DNA from: Camelus ferus
Taxonomy: Eukaryota
Direction of reading: 5' to 3'
NCBI RefSeq assembly: GCF_009834535.1
Contig: NC_045697.1
Coordinates: 28,832,001 to 28,896,000 of the forward strand
DNA: 64,000 bases
Shown here: piece by piece, positions 20,904 through 34,845 of the stretch
How the letters are laid out: the number at the start of each line of letters is the position of its first letter
How positions within the stretch are numbered: the first letter of the stretch is position 1
Translations under genes and position numbers: made by a program
Notes under the pieces: generated by a model
Told to the model about the DNA's origin: nothing
The model's input: the letters and a program-made list of their open reading frames with translations, nothing else
The model's database searches: none

Positions 20904-23900
20904 GTAAGTATTATTAAAGTCATAGAGTATGTATGTTTTACACATAGTTTTTCAAGCTTTTATTTACATATTTGAGTGATTTAAAAAAAATCTTATAACA
21001 AGGAAAATGTAATCACAGATTTTGTGATCAGAATTTCTTAGTTTGTGGTTGTATAAAATATGTTGACCCAAGAAATCTAAAGAACTATATTGCGGTTTTC
21101 CCATTTAATGTGTGTTTTAGTGTTTTTGCTTCTGAAATGCCACTTCTTGCTGCTTTGTATTTTACACGTTGTAGCCATCCACAAATATTATTTGTGCACC
21201 TATTTTATGTATGGGACTATGACTAAAAGCCAGATCGGAGTAGTATGTATCATTCATATTCTCAAGGAACATGGCTAACTGGGGAAATAAACATGTACAG
21301 ATAAAAATATGTCAGTAAAAGTAATGGTGTGAGACTCTAAGATAACTAAGCAAGATTAGTACCGGTAGTAAGTAATGAAGGATTATAGAAAGTGTTGAAG
21401 AATTATAGAGAAACATACCTTCCTGCCACTCTTTAGCCCAAAGCTGTATGTCATTCAGCAACTGGCAATTCCCCATGAGTCTATGTCTCAGCGATGTTTC
21501 TGGTTTCTAGATTCTCCCTTCAACTTTTTTATAGCTGCATGGTATACCAAAACATGATTTTTTTTTTTTTTTGGTGCCATGATTTATTTAACCATACTTT
21601 ATCAATATTTAGAATGTCTTCAGTTTTCACTTCTAATAGTTCTTATGACAGAGATATATTTTAAGATTATTGGTTACCTTAGTTTGGTTACATTTTCTAT
21701 ACATACTGTCTTTTTTGTGACACTCTGGTACCTTGATGAGTTTAGTGTCTTCCTTAGGCTTATCACAGCAGTATTTTGTAGGTAACTTAATCTCCTGTAA
21801 AGACTGATTATTTTGGTTGTTAGTAGCAATTGTCTCTGGGAGAGATGTTTTCTGACCTTGTCTGGTATTGTGCCATGTTCTCTGACTTTCCTATACAGAG
21901 AGATGCTTTTTGTTTTTGTTCCTTTTTTGATGTTTTTAAAGAGCTAAAATATTAGTAACGTATTTGATTGTATCAATTTTCTTAGACCTATTCTTTCTAG
22001 ATAGTTGATATTGAGTATTAAATAGAATATCTTTCTTGATTATTAGAGAAATTAATTCTGGATATTTTTCCATAGAGGTAAGTTATTTAAAATTACTAGT
22101 CCTTACAGTACACACATGTAACAGACTAATTCATAAAATGATACGGGAAATTTTTTAAGTGTTAGGATGTTGATGATAGAGTTTTCAGTAGGAGGATTTT
22201 TTTTTCCCCCAAGTGGTGCTTATTGTATATCCACTTTAAATGGCAGTACTGACCATTGCCATACCATTGTTAGAGTTCATATTCACTATTATTTATAGAT
22301 TTCATGTTCACCCTCAATTTTTTCTTAGTGGTTAAAAGAACAGTTATCCTTATTTGTTTAAAAAAAAAGCACAAACTAGAGTTGTTAAGACCTCTGCTTA
22401 CCATGCTGGAATATTGGTAAACTGTGAGCAAATATGTATTAGTTATGTTCTCTCAGGTTAAAATTGAGTAATAGAGTTAGAAACGTTTGGAAAATGTGTA
22501 TATGAAATTTATATATTCATGGTATCACTATTAATAAAAATTTATATTATTTGTTTTTAGGTTCTTCACTTGAGAATCAGTCCTCCCACATTTCTCCATT
22601 GTATATCAAAACTTACTTACCCATCCTTATTTCCCATATCCTTTTAGAATATTTAGGTCAGGTATGTATGTAAAGAAGCTGCACAAGCTTGTTTAAACTA
22701 GTATATTAATAAGGCTCTTGTTATGAAAAAAGGAAGTTCCATAAGATCAGGTGATAATTAAATGTGAACATTAAGTGAATAAATGGGATTGAAATAAGTT
22801 GGATATACAAAGTGATTGGAAGGTAGTATCAGCTACTTATGTTTTTATACATAAGAGTTTCCTCTCTATACTAAATACTGGTTGGATACTTACACTGCTT
22901 ATATGTTTAGATCTTTTTCCACATAGATAGACACAATGAAAAAAGAGGTGAAGGGCTCTATAGTTTGCTAGCTGGAGGAAGTATACAGGGAAGTACAAGA
23001 TTTAGCTTTAATTGATGATAGTGATTGTTTTTTCTCCCTATTATGCAAGAATGTATGTATTATAGATTATTTGGAAAATGCAAAAGTAGTATATAAAAAA
23101 AGTAGTAGATAAAAATAAAGTTACCATTACCCAGGATTTCCTTTCTAGTCTAATATAGTCCAGTCCCCTTTGGTATCTGTATAAATTATATTAAGTTTTG
23201 TGTTTTGCTTTCTTTTTTAACATTGTTAAAAAAACTCCAATTAAGTAGTATCCAAAATATAGTATTTAATGGCTGTATAAAATTCTGTCTTATGAATCTA
23301 CAAGGATATTGTATTTAGTGTGGTCTAACAAACCTGGGTTCAGATCTTAGTTTTGCTGTTTAAAAGCCTTAAGCCTGATACTTACTTTTTCTAGTCCTTA
23401 GTTTTCTTATTTGCAAAATAGGCATAATATTACTTACTGTTTTAAGAATTAAGTAAAATTATGGTCTTAACATTCTAGCTGGAATATGTTAAGTATTTAA
23501 TACATTATACTATCACCAGAAATTACTTTATCATTCCCTTCTCACCAGATATTTAGTTGTTTTTCAGTTTTCCTTTGTAAAAAGTTCTGGTATTTTCAAC
23601 ATCTCTTTATAAATTCTTATATAAATCTGTGATTTTTTTTTTTATGATGAATTTCTGGAAGTGGAATCATTAGGTCAGTGAATATACAGAACCTAAAATT
23701 TCTTGATACATAGTGCCATTTTGCTTTTCAGAAAGGTTATACCAGTTTATACTCATCACAATGTATTGATAATTTTTATTTTACTATAGCCTTGTCAACA
23801 CTATTATTATTTTAAAAATTACTTTTTATTTAATAGGCACTATAACAATATTTTAATTCCATCTTATTTTATCTTTTAATGTAGTTTTAGTAATGGGGTT

Positions 23901-24589
23901 AAACTTTTTAATGTTTATTGAGTATTTGTTTCTTCTTAGAATCTTGTACTTACTGCTTTCCCATTCTTTTTGCTTCTTTTCCCCTGCCTTAATCCTTCCT
24001 TTATCCAGCAAGAATTGATTGAATGCTTACATGTGCTAGACATTGTTTTAGTACTGGTATTTAATTTTGGTACTTATTACTGTTTAGTGATGGCAATGTA
24101 GGAGTGAACAGAATTGACAAAAAAACATTTGTTTTCAAAGAGTTTTACTTTCTAGTGTCAGAGTATACAGACATTAAACAAAATAAACGTCTAAATTATA
24201 GAGTAATAATTGCTTTGGAGCAAGAAAATAATAAAGAGGAGATGGAGAGAACTCTTGTGTGTGTACAGTTTTGCATTGGGTGGCTAGGGAAAGCCTCATA
24301 AAGGTGCCATGAGTAATGTCTTGTAAGGAGTAAGTCAGGTGGATATCTGAGAGGGGAAGTACATTTCAGGCTATGAATCAAGTGTAACAGCAGTGAAGTT
24401 AGAAAATACTGGATGAGTTTAAGAAAGAGCAAGAGGGAGAGTAGCAAGAAATGCTTTGAGAGTTATTAGGGAACCAGACTATTTAGGACTGTAACTAGGC
24501 CATTTTAAGAACTTGGGCTTTTGCTCTGCGTGAGGTACGAGCTATTGAAGGTTTTAAAGTAAAGGAGTGCCTAGATTTGACTTATGATC

Positions 24590-25532
24590 TGTTGATTCAG
24601 CGTGGTCCCTGTCAACATTCCATCTGACTTTGCAGCAGTTCACAAGCTGATTCTGAATTTCACATGGAAATGCAGGGGGTCCTGAATGTCTTGGAAAAGA
24701 AGAGCAAAGTTGGAAGACTCAGCATTTCCTAATTTTAAAACTAATGGCAAAGCACAGTAATCAAGACAGTGTTCTACTTGCATAAGCGTAGACATGTAGA
24801 TCAATGAAATAGAATTGAGAGTCAAGCAGTAAACCCTTATACTTACGGTCAGTTGATTTTTCAAGTGGTACCAAGACCATTCAATGAAGAACGAATAGTC
24901 TTTTCAACAAATGGTACTGGGGCAACTGGATATTCCACATGCAAAAGAATTAAATGTAAGAATGAAAACTATTAAACTCTTAGAAGAAAACAAAGATATG
25001 TATCTTTTTGAACTTGGTTTGGGCAGTGGTTTCTTAGATAGAACACCAAGAGTGTAAATGACAAAAGAGAAAAATAGGTAAATTCATCAAGATAAAAATA
25101 TGTACTTCAAAGGACACCATCAAGAAAGTGGAAAGACAGCCCACAGACTGGGAGAAAATATTTTATATTTGATTAAAGGACTTGTATTCAGAAAATATAA
25201 AGCTCTTACAGCTCAATAATACAGACAAGTAACCCTTATATTTAAAAATGGACAAAGAATCTGAATAGACATTTCTTCAAAGAAGATACACAAATGCCAA
25301 CAAGCATGTATGTGACAGTCAGCAACATTAGTCATTAGGAAAATGCAAGTTCAAATCACAGTGAGATACCGTTAGGATGGTCATAGTCAAGAAGACAACA
25401 ACAGGTGTTGGTGAGGACCTAGAGAAATGAGAATCCCCATACAACACTGGTAGATACTGAAAATGGTGTAGCCACTTTGGAATACAGTCTGGTAGTTCCT
25501 CAGAAGGTTAAACATAGAGTTACCATATGATC
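24590..25532 (+). mobile_element. L1 ORF2 3' fragment (sense) inserted in an L2 relic
   Basis: ACAAGCTGATTCTGAATTTCACATGGAAATGC...TTCAACAAATGGTACTGG...GAATAGACATTTCTTCAAAGAAGATACACAAATG. Confidence 0.8.
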
Positions 25533-26029
25533 TGAATTTATTTTGAATTTAGAACTGGCAAGATTTGCTGAATGATCAGACATGAGATGGGAGGGAAAGA
25601 GGAGGCAAAAACATTTCAGTTTTCTTGGCCTCAGCAACTGAAAATTTCTGTTGCCAGGACTGTAGTTAGGGCAGATCTGTGGTGGAGGATCAGAAGATCA
25701 CTTTTAGACATGTTTGGTTTGAGATGTCTATTAGTTACACAAAGTGGGGATACTTGTGGGTAGTTTGATGTGGGTTTGGAGTCAGGGAAGAGGTATAGTT
25801 TGGAGATGTAAATTAGCATTTTGTTAGCGTTTAAAGCCATGAGATGGAGAGATCACCAAAGGAGTGGGTAAGCTGGGAGCACTCCGCTGTTTCCAAGTTC
25901 AGTGATGAGGAAATCCTGAGAGTGGCACTGTTCTGAGAAAAAGTTAATGTTAGGGTGGTCTTTGGTGGAAGGATTTATCAGCTGTGTAAATCCCGCTAAT
26001 AGGTCTACGCCATTAGATTTAATTTTATT

Positions 26030-27850
26030 TTCTCAGTGTTGGTATTAGAGAGATATACAATTACAATCCAGCAACCTTGCTAAATTATCTGGGTAATCCA
26101 ACAGATAATCTGTAGATTCTTTTGGATTTCATATACACTTGATTGTATTGTCTGTGAGTAGCAATGGTTCTATTTCTTCCTTTCCAGTTCTTAGAATTTT
26201 TATTTCCTTTTAAGTCTTAATGTGCTGGCCATGCCCTCTGGTACAATGTAGCAGTGTAGAATAGAAGTGGTGATAGCCGTCATTCTTGTCTCATTTCTGA
26301 TTGTAGATGGAATGCTTTCCATATTTAACAATTAAGTATGAGGGGTGTGTGTGTGTGTGTTTTCTTGGTAAATGCCTTTATCAGTTCCTTTCTATTTCTA
26401 GTTTGTGCAGTTTTTTTTATTATGAGTGGATGATGAGTTGGTTTCGCTACATATATTGAGTTGATTTTGTGACTTCTTTATTTTGTTAACATCAGGAATT
26501 GCATTGGTTGACTTTCAAATATTGTTAACAACTTTATATTAATAAAAATTCAAGTTGTGATGCATTGTTTTTATCAATCACTAATATAATTTTTACATTT
26601 TATGTAACATATCATTCACATAATTTCTGTATTACTACTTTAATATTTTGTTTAGGAATTTTGCATCTATTTTCATGAATAAAATAGGCCTGTAATTTTT
26701 CTTTCTTTTAATACCCTTGCAAAGTTTCATTATCAGGGTTATGGTGGCCTCATAAAATGAGTTGGAAGTGTTTCTTGTTTTTCTAGTCTCTGGAAGAGTT
26801 TGTATAAGATTGGTATTAGAGATTATTTAGTGAAATTTATTGATGAAGCCATTTAGGCCTAGGGTTTTCTTTGTGGGAAGGTTTTAAGTTACAGATTTCA
26901 CTTGTTAGTAGATATAGAACTATCAGATCTTTTTTTTTCTTATATCAGGCATGGTATGCTTATTTTTAAAAAAATAATATGCATTTCATTTAAGTTTAAA
27001 ATTTATGGGAGTAAAATTATTTATGATGTCTTCATTTTTTTTTTTTTAATGTCTGTGGGCTTGACAGTGATGTCTCCCTTTTTATCTCTGATACTGGTTA
27101 TTTGTGCCTTTTCTCTTTTTTTTTGACCACGCTTGCCTGGGACTTATCATTCTTAATAGTGCTTTTTTTAAAAACAGGTTTTTTTTTTTTTCCCCCAAAG
27201 AGCTGTCTTTTGACTTTGTTAATCCTCCCTAATGTGTAGCTGTTTTCTGTTTCTTTTTGCTCTTTATTATTTCTTTCTTTCTAGTTTCTTTGAGTTTGAT
27301 TTGCTGTTTTTTCCCCACCTATTTGTTGGATGCTTACATCATTAATTTTTTAGTCTTTCTTTTTTTCTAATATATGAATTTGTATGCTCTTCTTCTATGC
27401 ATGACTTTAGTTGTATCTCACAAGTTGGGATATATATAATTTTTATTTGGTTAAAAATATTTTCTAGTTAATATTAATAATTTTAAAAGTTATTAATATT
27501 TAACACAATGAATTCTTATTTGATGTAGAAATATATTTCTTAATTTTCAAATAATTGTATTTCTAATTGTATTTTTGCTATTGGTTTCTAGCATAATTCC
27601 ATGTGTACTTGAAAATAAAGTGTTTTCTGAGGTTGTTTGTCCAGTGTTGTATAGATATAAGTCAAGTTATACTTACTGTGTGGCTCAAATCTATGTCCTT
27701 ACTGTTTTTTTCTCTCCTTTCTCCTCCTCCTCCTTTGTGTGTGTTGTAGGGGTGGGGGTGAGGGGGTGGGGCCCTCCTTGTTCTAATAGTTACAGAGACA
27801 AACGTTTTATTAGTTGAATACAAACTTAGAATTGCTGTTTTCCCAGTGGA
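26030..27850 (-). mobile_element. Old L1 ORF2 fragment
   Basis: Antisense ORF2 motifs, e.g. GGCCTCATAAAATGAGTTGGAAGTG, TTTTCTTTGTGGGAAGGTTTT. Confidence 0.7.
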
Positions 27851-28184
27851 TTAGACCTTTCATCTTTGACTTTCATTTTTGACATGAAGATCAGTGATGA
27901 TTTAGATAAGAGCAATTTTAGTGTAGTGGTAGAAGTATTGGGGGCAAAATCCTGCTTGAGAAAGAATGGAAGGAGAGAAATTGGAAACAGTTGCCATATG
28001 TTATACATATTTTCCCCTAATTTTTTTTTTTGATAGACAGGTATTTTACATTCATGCAAATGTGGCCAGATGTGTTAGTACTTCTTTTTCTTTGTGACCT
28101 CCAATTTGTACTTTTTTTTTATAAAAATAACTTATTTTCCTAAAATGGGATATTCACTTGCCCCATGGAACTTATATTCTAAAA

Positions 28185-28320
28185 CAGTGCTGTCGAATAG
28201 AATTTACTGTATTTATGGAAAAGTTTGCTGTTTTGCAATATGATAGTCATTAGCCACATGTAGCTATTGAGCACTTGAAATGTCACTAGTGTGACTGAGG
28301 AACTGAATTTTTAATTTTAT
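28185..28320 (+). mobile_element. MER3 (hAT-Charlie MITE), left part
   Basis: CAGTGCTGTCGAATAGAA...TAGCCACATGTAGCTATTGAGCACTTGAAATG...GACTGAGGAACTGAATTTTTAATTTTAT matches recalled MER3. Confidence 0.85.
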
Positions 28321-31300
28321 ATGCTTTTTTTCAAAAGCAAACTTTCTCAGATTGTAGATTCACATGCAGTTGTAATAAATAATACAGAGAAATCACCTGT
28401 GCTCTTCATCCATTTCCCCCAGTGAAAGAAGCATGTTTGCAAAACTGTTGTATGGCATCTCAACCAGGATATTGATGTTGATACAGTCAAGATACAGAAC
28501 ATTTCCATCACTATGAGAATTCCTCAAGTTACCCTTTTACAGCCATACCCACTGCTCCCCATTCATACCCTCTGCTTAATCTTTGGCAACCAATAATCTG
28601 TTCTTTATTTCTATACCTTTGTCATTTCAAGAATGTTAAATAAATGGGGATCATTCAATATATAGCCTTTTGGGACTGATTTTTTTTCACTCAGCATAAT
28701 TCTCTGGAATTAATTGAGGTCTTGTGTTTCAGTAGTATGTTTGTTTCTGTTGCTGACTAATATTTCATGGAATTAAAGTATCATAGTTTAGCCATTTACC
28801 CATTGAAGGACATCTGAGTTGTTTTCTGGTTTTTGCTTATAATGAATAAAGCTGCTACAAACATTTGTGTACAGGTTTTTGGGTGAACATAATTTTCCAT
28901 TTCGCAGGCATAGATGCACAGAAGTGCAATTGCTTAATTGTGTGGTAGTTGGAGGTTTAGTTTAAGAAACTGCTAAACTGTTGTCCAAAGTGGCTTTGTC
29001 ATTTTACATTCTCATCAGCAGCATATGAGCCATCCAGTTTCTCTGCATCCTTGCAGTGATTTGGTGTTGTCATTATTTTTTATGTTAGCCAACTTGGTAG
29101 ATATGTAAGTAATATCTCATTGTAGTTTTAAATTGCACTTGCTTAATGGCCAGTGATGTTGGATATCTTTGGTGTGCCTGTTTGTCATCTGTATATCCTT
29201 TTGGTGTTTTTTTTTTTTTTTTCTGCCCCCCCCCCCAATTTTCTAATTATTTGGTTTTGTTTTTGCTGTTGCATTTTGATAAAAATTTTAATACACATTT
29301 TAAGATAGTAGTCCTTTGTCAGACACGTGGTATGTGAATATTTTCTCTGTAGCTTGTCTTTTTATCTTTTTAGTAAGGTCCTTCACAGAGCAAAAGTTTT
29401 AAATTTTAATGAAGTACAGTTCATCCATTTTTCCTTTTATAGGTCACACTTTTGGTATTTTTGCCTAGCCCTAGATCCTGAAGATTTTTTTCCTTTTTTT
29501 TCTTAAAGTTTTATAGTTTTATGGATTTTAAATCCTTGATCCATTTCGAGGTTTTTTTTTTTTTTTTTTTTTTTTTTAAATAAAATGTGAGACTTAGGTC
29601 GAGGTTTATTTTTTTTATCTGTGGTTGTATACTTACTCTAGTTCCATTTGTTGAAAGGCTATCTTTTCTCCATTGAATTGCTTTTGTACTTCTGTCAAAA
29701 GTCAGTTGGACATATTTATATTAGTCTGTTTCTGGGTTCTCTCTTCTGTTTCCAAATCTATAATCTGTTGTCAGATCTATATGTCTGTCCCTCCACTGAC
29801 ACCATACATTTTTGATAACTGGTTTTATAACAAGACTTAAAATTGAGTTGACTGAGGACTCTCACTCTGTTTTCTTTCAAATTGTTTTAGCTATTCTAGT
29901 ACCTCTGTCCTTCCATGTAATTTAAGAATAATCTTGTCCATATCCACAAAAAGTCTTGCTGGGGTTTTGATAGGAACTGCGTTAAACCTGTATATCAATT
30001 TGGGGAAAAACTGACATCTTTACTATGTTGAGTCTTACAATCCATAAATATGCTATCTTTCTATTCATTTACATCTTTTATTTCTTTCATCCCTATTTTG
30101 TATTTTCAGCATGCAAGTCCTGTATATGTTTTGCTAGATTTATACCAGAATATTTGATTTTTTTAGCATTTATGAATCATATTGTATTTTTAGTTACAGT
30201 GTTCACGTATTCATTGTGGAATATTTAAATATAGTTGATTTTATGTGTTTATCTTGTATCCTGCACTTTGCTGAACTCACTTACATGTTGAAGGTTTTCT
30301 TGATTCCTCAGGATTTTCCACATAGAAAACTATGTCATCTAAAAATAGGGGCAGTTTTATTTTTTCCTTTTGAACGTGTATGTCTTTTATTTCCTTATCT
30401 TGCCTTACTTCACGGGCTAGAGCTTCCAACATTGTTCAATAAGAATGGTAAGAGTGGAGATCCTTGCTTTGTTCCCAATCTTAGGAGGAAAGTGTATAGT
30501 ATTTTACTGTTAAATAAAATGTTATCTGTAGGTGCTCTTAATGAAGTTGAGGAAGTTCTCTTATATTCCTATTTTTCTGGCAGTTTTTAATCAGGAATAG
30601 GTGTTGAATTCTGTCAGATTTTTTTCTTCGTTCATTAATATGATTGTGATTTTTCTTCACTAGCCTGTTAATGTGGTGGATTATACTGATTTTTGAATAT
30701 TGAACCAGCCTTGTATCCCTGGAATAAACCTCACTTAACCATGATGTATAGTTCTTTTTTAATAAATTGCTAAATTCTATTTGCCAATATTTTGTTAAGT
30801 TTTTTTTTCTACAGAGCCAATTATTTTATATAAAAACTCTAGAAAGTTCATGACTAGTTATGTTAAGGATTTTTATGTCTGTATTCATGAAGGATATTGG
30901 TTTGTAATTATTTTTGTTTTTTTTTTTATACTGGCTTTGTTTGATTTTGGTATAAGGATGACAATACTAGCTTCATAAAATGAGTTAGGAAGTGCCCCCT
31001 CTTCTGTTTTTGGAAGAGATTATATAGAGTTAGTTAATTATTCTTAAAAATATTTGGTAGAATTCTCCATTGAAGGCATTTAGGCCTGGAGTTTCTTTTT
31101 TGGGAGTTTTAAAATTATGAATTAAATTTCACTAGAAATCATAGGGCTTTATCTACTTCCTGTTGGAGGAGTTGTGGTAATTTGTGGTTTTTGAGAAATT
31201 AGTCCATTTTATATAAGATGTCAAACTTTTGCATGTATAATTGTTCATAGTAGTCCCTTAGTCTTTTGGTGTCTGCAGGATCTGTAGTGATGTCCATTTT

Positions 31301-32263
31301 TTTCATTCCTGATACTGGTAATTTGTGCCTTGTCTCTCTTTTCTTTGTCAGTCTTGCTAGAGGTTTACCAAGTTTATTGATGTTTTCAAAGAACCATCAA
31401 TTTGTTTCATTGCTTTTTCTCTATTTTTCTTTTTTTAGTTTTATTAATTTCTGCTCTGATCTCTATTATTCCCTACCTTCTACTGGCTTTGAGTTTATTT
31501 TGCTCTTCTTTTTCTAATTCTTGTGGTGGGGGCTTAGGTTATTGATTTGAGACTTTTCTTCTTTTCTAATCTATGCATTTAGTAAAAATGTGCTATACAT
31601 TTCTGCCATTGCTGCTTTAGCTGTGTCCTACACATTTTGATATGGTATGTTTTTATTTTCATTTATTTCAGTGTATATAAAAATTTTCCTTGAGACATCC
31701 TCTTTGACCCATGGATTATTTAGTATATTGCTTATGTTCCCAGTGTTTGGGGATTTTCCTATTACCTTTTTGTTACTGATTTCTGGTTTGATTCCTTTGT
31801 GGTCAGAGAACATACTTTGTTGTTCTTTTAAGTTTGTTGAGGTTTGTTTTATAGTCCAGGATATGGTCTATTTTGTTATAAGTTCTGTGGGCACTTGAAA
31901 AGAGTATGTATTCTGCTGTTATTGGAGTGTTCTATAAATTTTGTTTGATGGTATTGAAAAATTGATGGTATTGTTGTTCTGCATCCTTGCTGATCTTCTG
32001 TCTATTTATTCTATCAATTGTTGAAAGAGGGGCATTAAAGTCTTTAAGTATAATTGTGGACTTGTCTATTTCTCTTTTCAGTTCTGTCAGTTTTTGCTTC
32101 ACTTGTTTAGTGGCTCTGTTGTTTGATGCATACACATTTAAGGTTGCTGTGTTTTTTTTGGTAGACTGATCCTTTATGATTGTATAATGTTCTTCTCTGT
32201 CTTCTGGTGATTTTTTATTTTTGCTCCAAATTCTGCTTTATTTGATATTAATACATAAAAATG
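28321..32263 (-). mobile_element. ~3.9-kb L1 (L1MC-like) inserted into MER3
   Basis: TAGATTCACATGCAGTTGTA 3' end followed by antisense ORF2; flanked by TAATTTTAT at 28312-28320 and 32264-32272. Confidence 0.8.
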
Positions 32264-32332
32264 TAATTTTATTTAATTTTAATTAATTTAAATAGGCACA
32301 TGTGGCTGGTTGCTGCCATATTGACATTGCAG
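32264..32332 (+). mobile_element. MER3, right part
   Basis: TAATTTTATTTAATTTTAATTAATTTAAATAGGCACATGTGGCT...TTGACATTGCAG continues the consensus; 8-bp TSD-like TTCTAAAA / TTCTGGAA. Confidence 0.85.
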
Positions 32333-32334
32333 TT

Positions 32335-33720
32335 CTGGAAGATGGAGAGAACTATGATACAATAAATTTAATTAGAAGGTAAATTTTGTAGTATGTTAGA
32401 TGGTGTTAAGGGCAATGGATGATTAGCAGGAAAGGGAGATTGGGAGAAAGTGGGAGATATGATTTTAAATTGGGTAATCAAGGAAAAAAAATCATTGAAT
32501 GTGACACTAGAGCAAAGATTTCAAGAAGTGAGAGAGTTAGCAATACAAATATCTTGGGGAAAAGTGTATTAAAGGCCAGCAGGGAGGTGGGCCATAGTAA
32601 GAACTTTAACTTTTACTCTGAGTGACATGGAGAACCATTTGAAGATTCTGATTCACTCGACTTAAGTTGTATAAAAACCATTGTGGCCGGTGTGTTGAAA
32701 ATAGATTGTAGGGGACAAGAAGTGGAAGCAGGGAGACCATTTAGGAGACAGGAATTCAGGTGAAAGATGACAGTAGCCAGACCAAATGTTTAGAGCAGGT
32801 TTTGGAAAAAAAATTTGGTTTTGGATATGTTATGTTTGAATTGTTTATTAGGTAGATCCAAGTGGAGGAAGTCAGAGTTCTCCAGATCTATGAGTCCCTG
32901 CCCTTGGGGAGCTTACGCTTTACTGGAATATGGGTAGTAAATACAATAAATAAATAAAATGGATAAAACATATACAATGTTAGAAGATGTTTTATGGAGA
33001 AAGTTCAAATGAGGAAGGAGGGATAATTTTGAGAGACTGACTCCCTGAGAAGATGACAGTTGAGTAATGATAGGAAAGTGGTGAGGGAAATCAATCTTAT
33101 AGTTACCTGGGAGAATAGTAGTCTAGGTAGAAGGGACCAAATATAAAAGGTCCTGAGATGGGAACATGTCTGGTGTGTTTGAAGAACAAGGAGGCAAAGT
33201 ATGGCTGGAGTGACATAAGCAAGGGAAAGGAGATCAGGGATGACAGCACCAAAGTAGAAGTGTCTGGGTTACAGGCCATTTTAAGGGATCTTTTACCCTG
33301 AGTGAGATGGGAGGGTAGTGGATGGTTTAGCAGGAGAGAGGCATGATCTGACCTGTGGCTTAACTGAGTCATTCCAGTTGTTGTGCTAAATAGACTGAAG
33401 GGGGAAGGGTGGAAGCAGGGAGATTGGCTAGGAGATTTTACAGCAATCCAGGCAAGAGGCTGAGTCAGCAGTGGAGATGGTGAAGAATGTTTATATTCTG
33501 CATACCTTTTGAGGGTTGCATTGACAAAATTGGCTTACCAGTTGGATGTGGGATGAGAGAGAGTCAAGAATTATTCTAAAGTATTTTACCTGAGCAGTTG
33601 GAAGGATAGAGTTGCATTATTTGAAATGCGAAAGACTGGGAAGAGCAGGTTTGGGGGAGGTGATCAGGAGCTCAGTTTTGGACATGTTAAGTTTATGATG
33701 CCTATTAGACATGCAAATAA
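32335..33720. mobile_element. LINE-2 relics
   Basis: GGAAGCAGGGAGAC, CAGGAGCTCAGTTTTGGACATGTTAAGTTT and similar L2 hallmark strings. Confidence 0.65.
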
Positions 33721-34022
33721 GTGTTCAGTAGGCATTCTCATTATGAATACTGTTTTGTTTTTTAAAAATGAAATAATTATTTTAAAACAGAGAGTATTCA
33801 CTGTTCTGAAAATATATTACATTTGCTAATATCTTAATTTTTAACATGTTCAATCCTGGCAAAACTTGAATATTTTGAAGAGAGGGAAATTGATTGCTTT
33901 TTGGCTTTATTGCCGGCAGAGTTGATGGTACTTTCTTAGAGTTAAATAAAGATGTCATTCCAACTTTAGACACGGAAATATAACTATATAGTCTGAGTTT
34001 TTCTACTTGCTTTCTATTTTAG

Positions 34023-34135
34023 GTCCTTTTACTGCTGGATTGTGCAAGATATTTAACCCTGTTTTCTTTGAGGTATGACTTAAATATCAAACATCTTAAT
34101 AAGAAAAGGGAAACATTTTAGTTTTGGAAGTCAGA
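34023..34135 (+). other. N4BP2: N4BP2 exon 3, 5'UTR portion
   Basis: Acceptor TTTTAG at 34022; continues into the start codon. Confidence 0.8.
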
Positions 34136-34361
34136 ATGCCAAGGAGAAGGAAAAGTCTTGGGGGAAATCCTTTTCGGAAGACTGCAAACTCTAAGGAAGT
34201 TGTATCCAGTGTTACTAGTCATGAGGAGCCAACCACTACTCTTCCTTCCATGTATGAGACAAAAATTGATCAGGAAGAACTCTTCACCAGTATCTCAGAG
34301 ATGTTTTCTGATCTGGATCCTGATGTAGTGTATTTGATGCTTTCTGAATGTGATTTCAAAG
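34136..34361 (+). CDS. N4BP2: NEDD4-binding protein 2, coding exon 1 (start; CUE domain N-part)
   Basis: MPRRRKSLGGNPFRKTAN...DQEELFTSISEMFSDLDPDVVYLMLSECDFK; donor G|GTGAGA, phase 1. Confidence 0.95.
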
Positions 34362-34635
34362 GTGAGACAAAGTTGAGTTTGAACACTTTTGCGTCTATAA
34401 GGAGACTTCATGTATTATGCGATGACCAGTAGTAATATAGAAAATGACTACCTTATTTCTATTTTGTTCATCATTTATTGAGTACCTGCTGTGGGTAGTG
34501 TACTAATTTTGGTATTAATAGGGATATGAAGAAGAGTAAAGCATATTTTCTGCTTTCAAGAAATGTACTTAGGTGTAAGATAAATGTATAGATATCATAT
34601 TCTATGTTTTATTTCTTTTTATCTTCCCTCTAGAA

Positions 34636-34845
34636 CAGGTTGGCACTATTGACATTTTGGACCGGATAATTCTTTGTTGTGAGTGGCTTTCCTGTGCATC
34701 ATAGGATGTTCAACAGCATCTCTGGACTTACCCACTAGATGACAGTGGCACATTCTTCCCCCTCCCCCAGTTGTGACAATTAAAAATGCCTCTATATTGT
34801 CATATGTCCCCTGGGGGCAAAATCATCCCCAGTTGAGAACCATTG
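34636..34845. mobile_element. MER20 hAT DNA transposon inside an L2 3' end
   Basis: GGCACTATTGACATTTTGGACCGGATAATTCTTTGTTG...CCCCTGGGGGCAAAATC..CCCAGTTGAGAACCATTG; CTAGAA on both flanks. Confidence 0.85.

Noticed and set aside
16251..32169. Short ORFs with L1 ORF2-like peptides (e.g. ILPFATTWMNLE, DFNAPLSTIDR)
   Set aside because: Fragments of decayed L1 copies, not intact genes.
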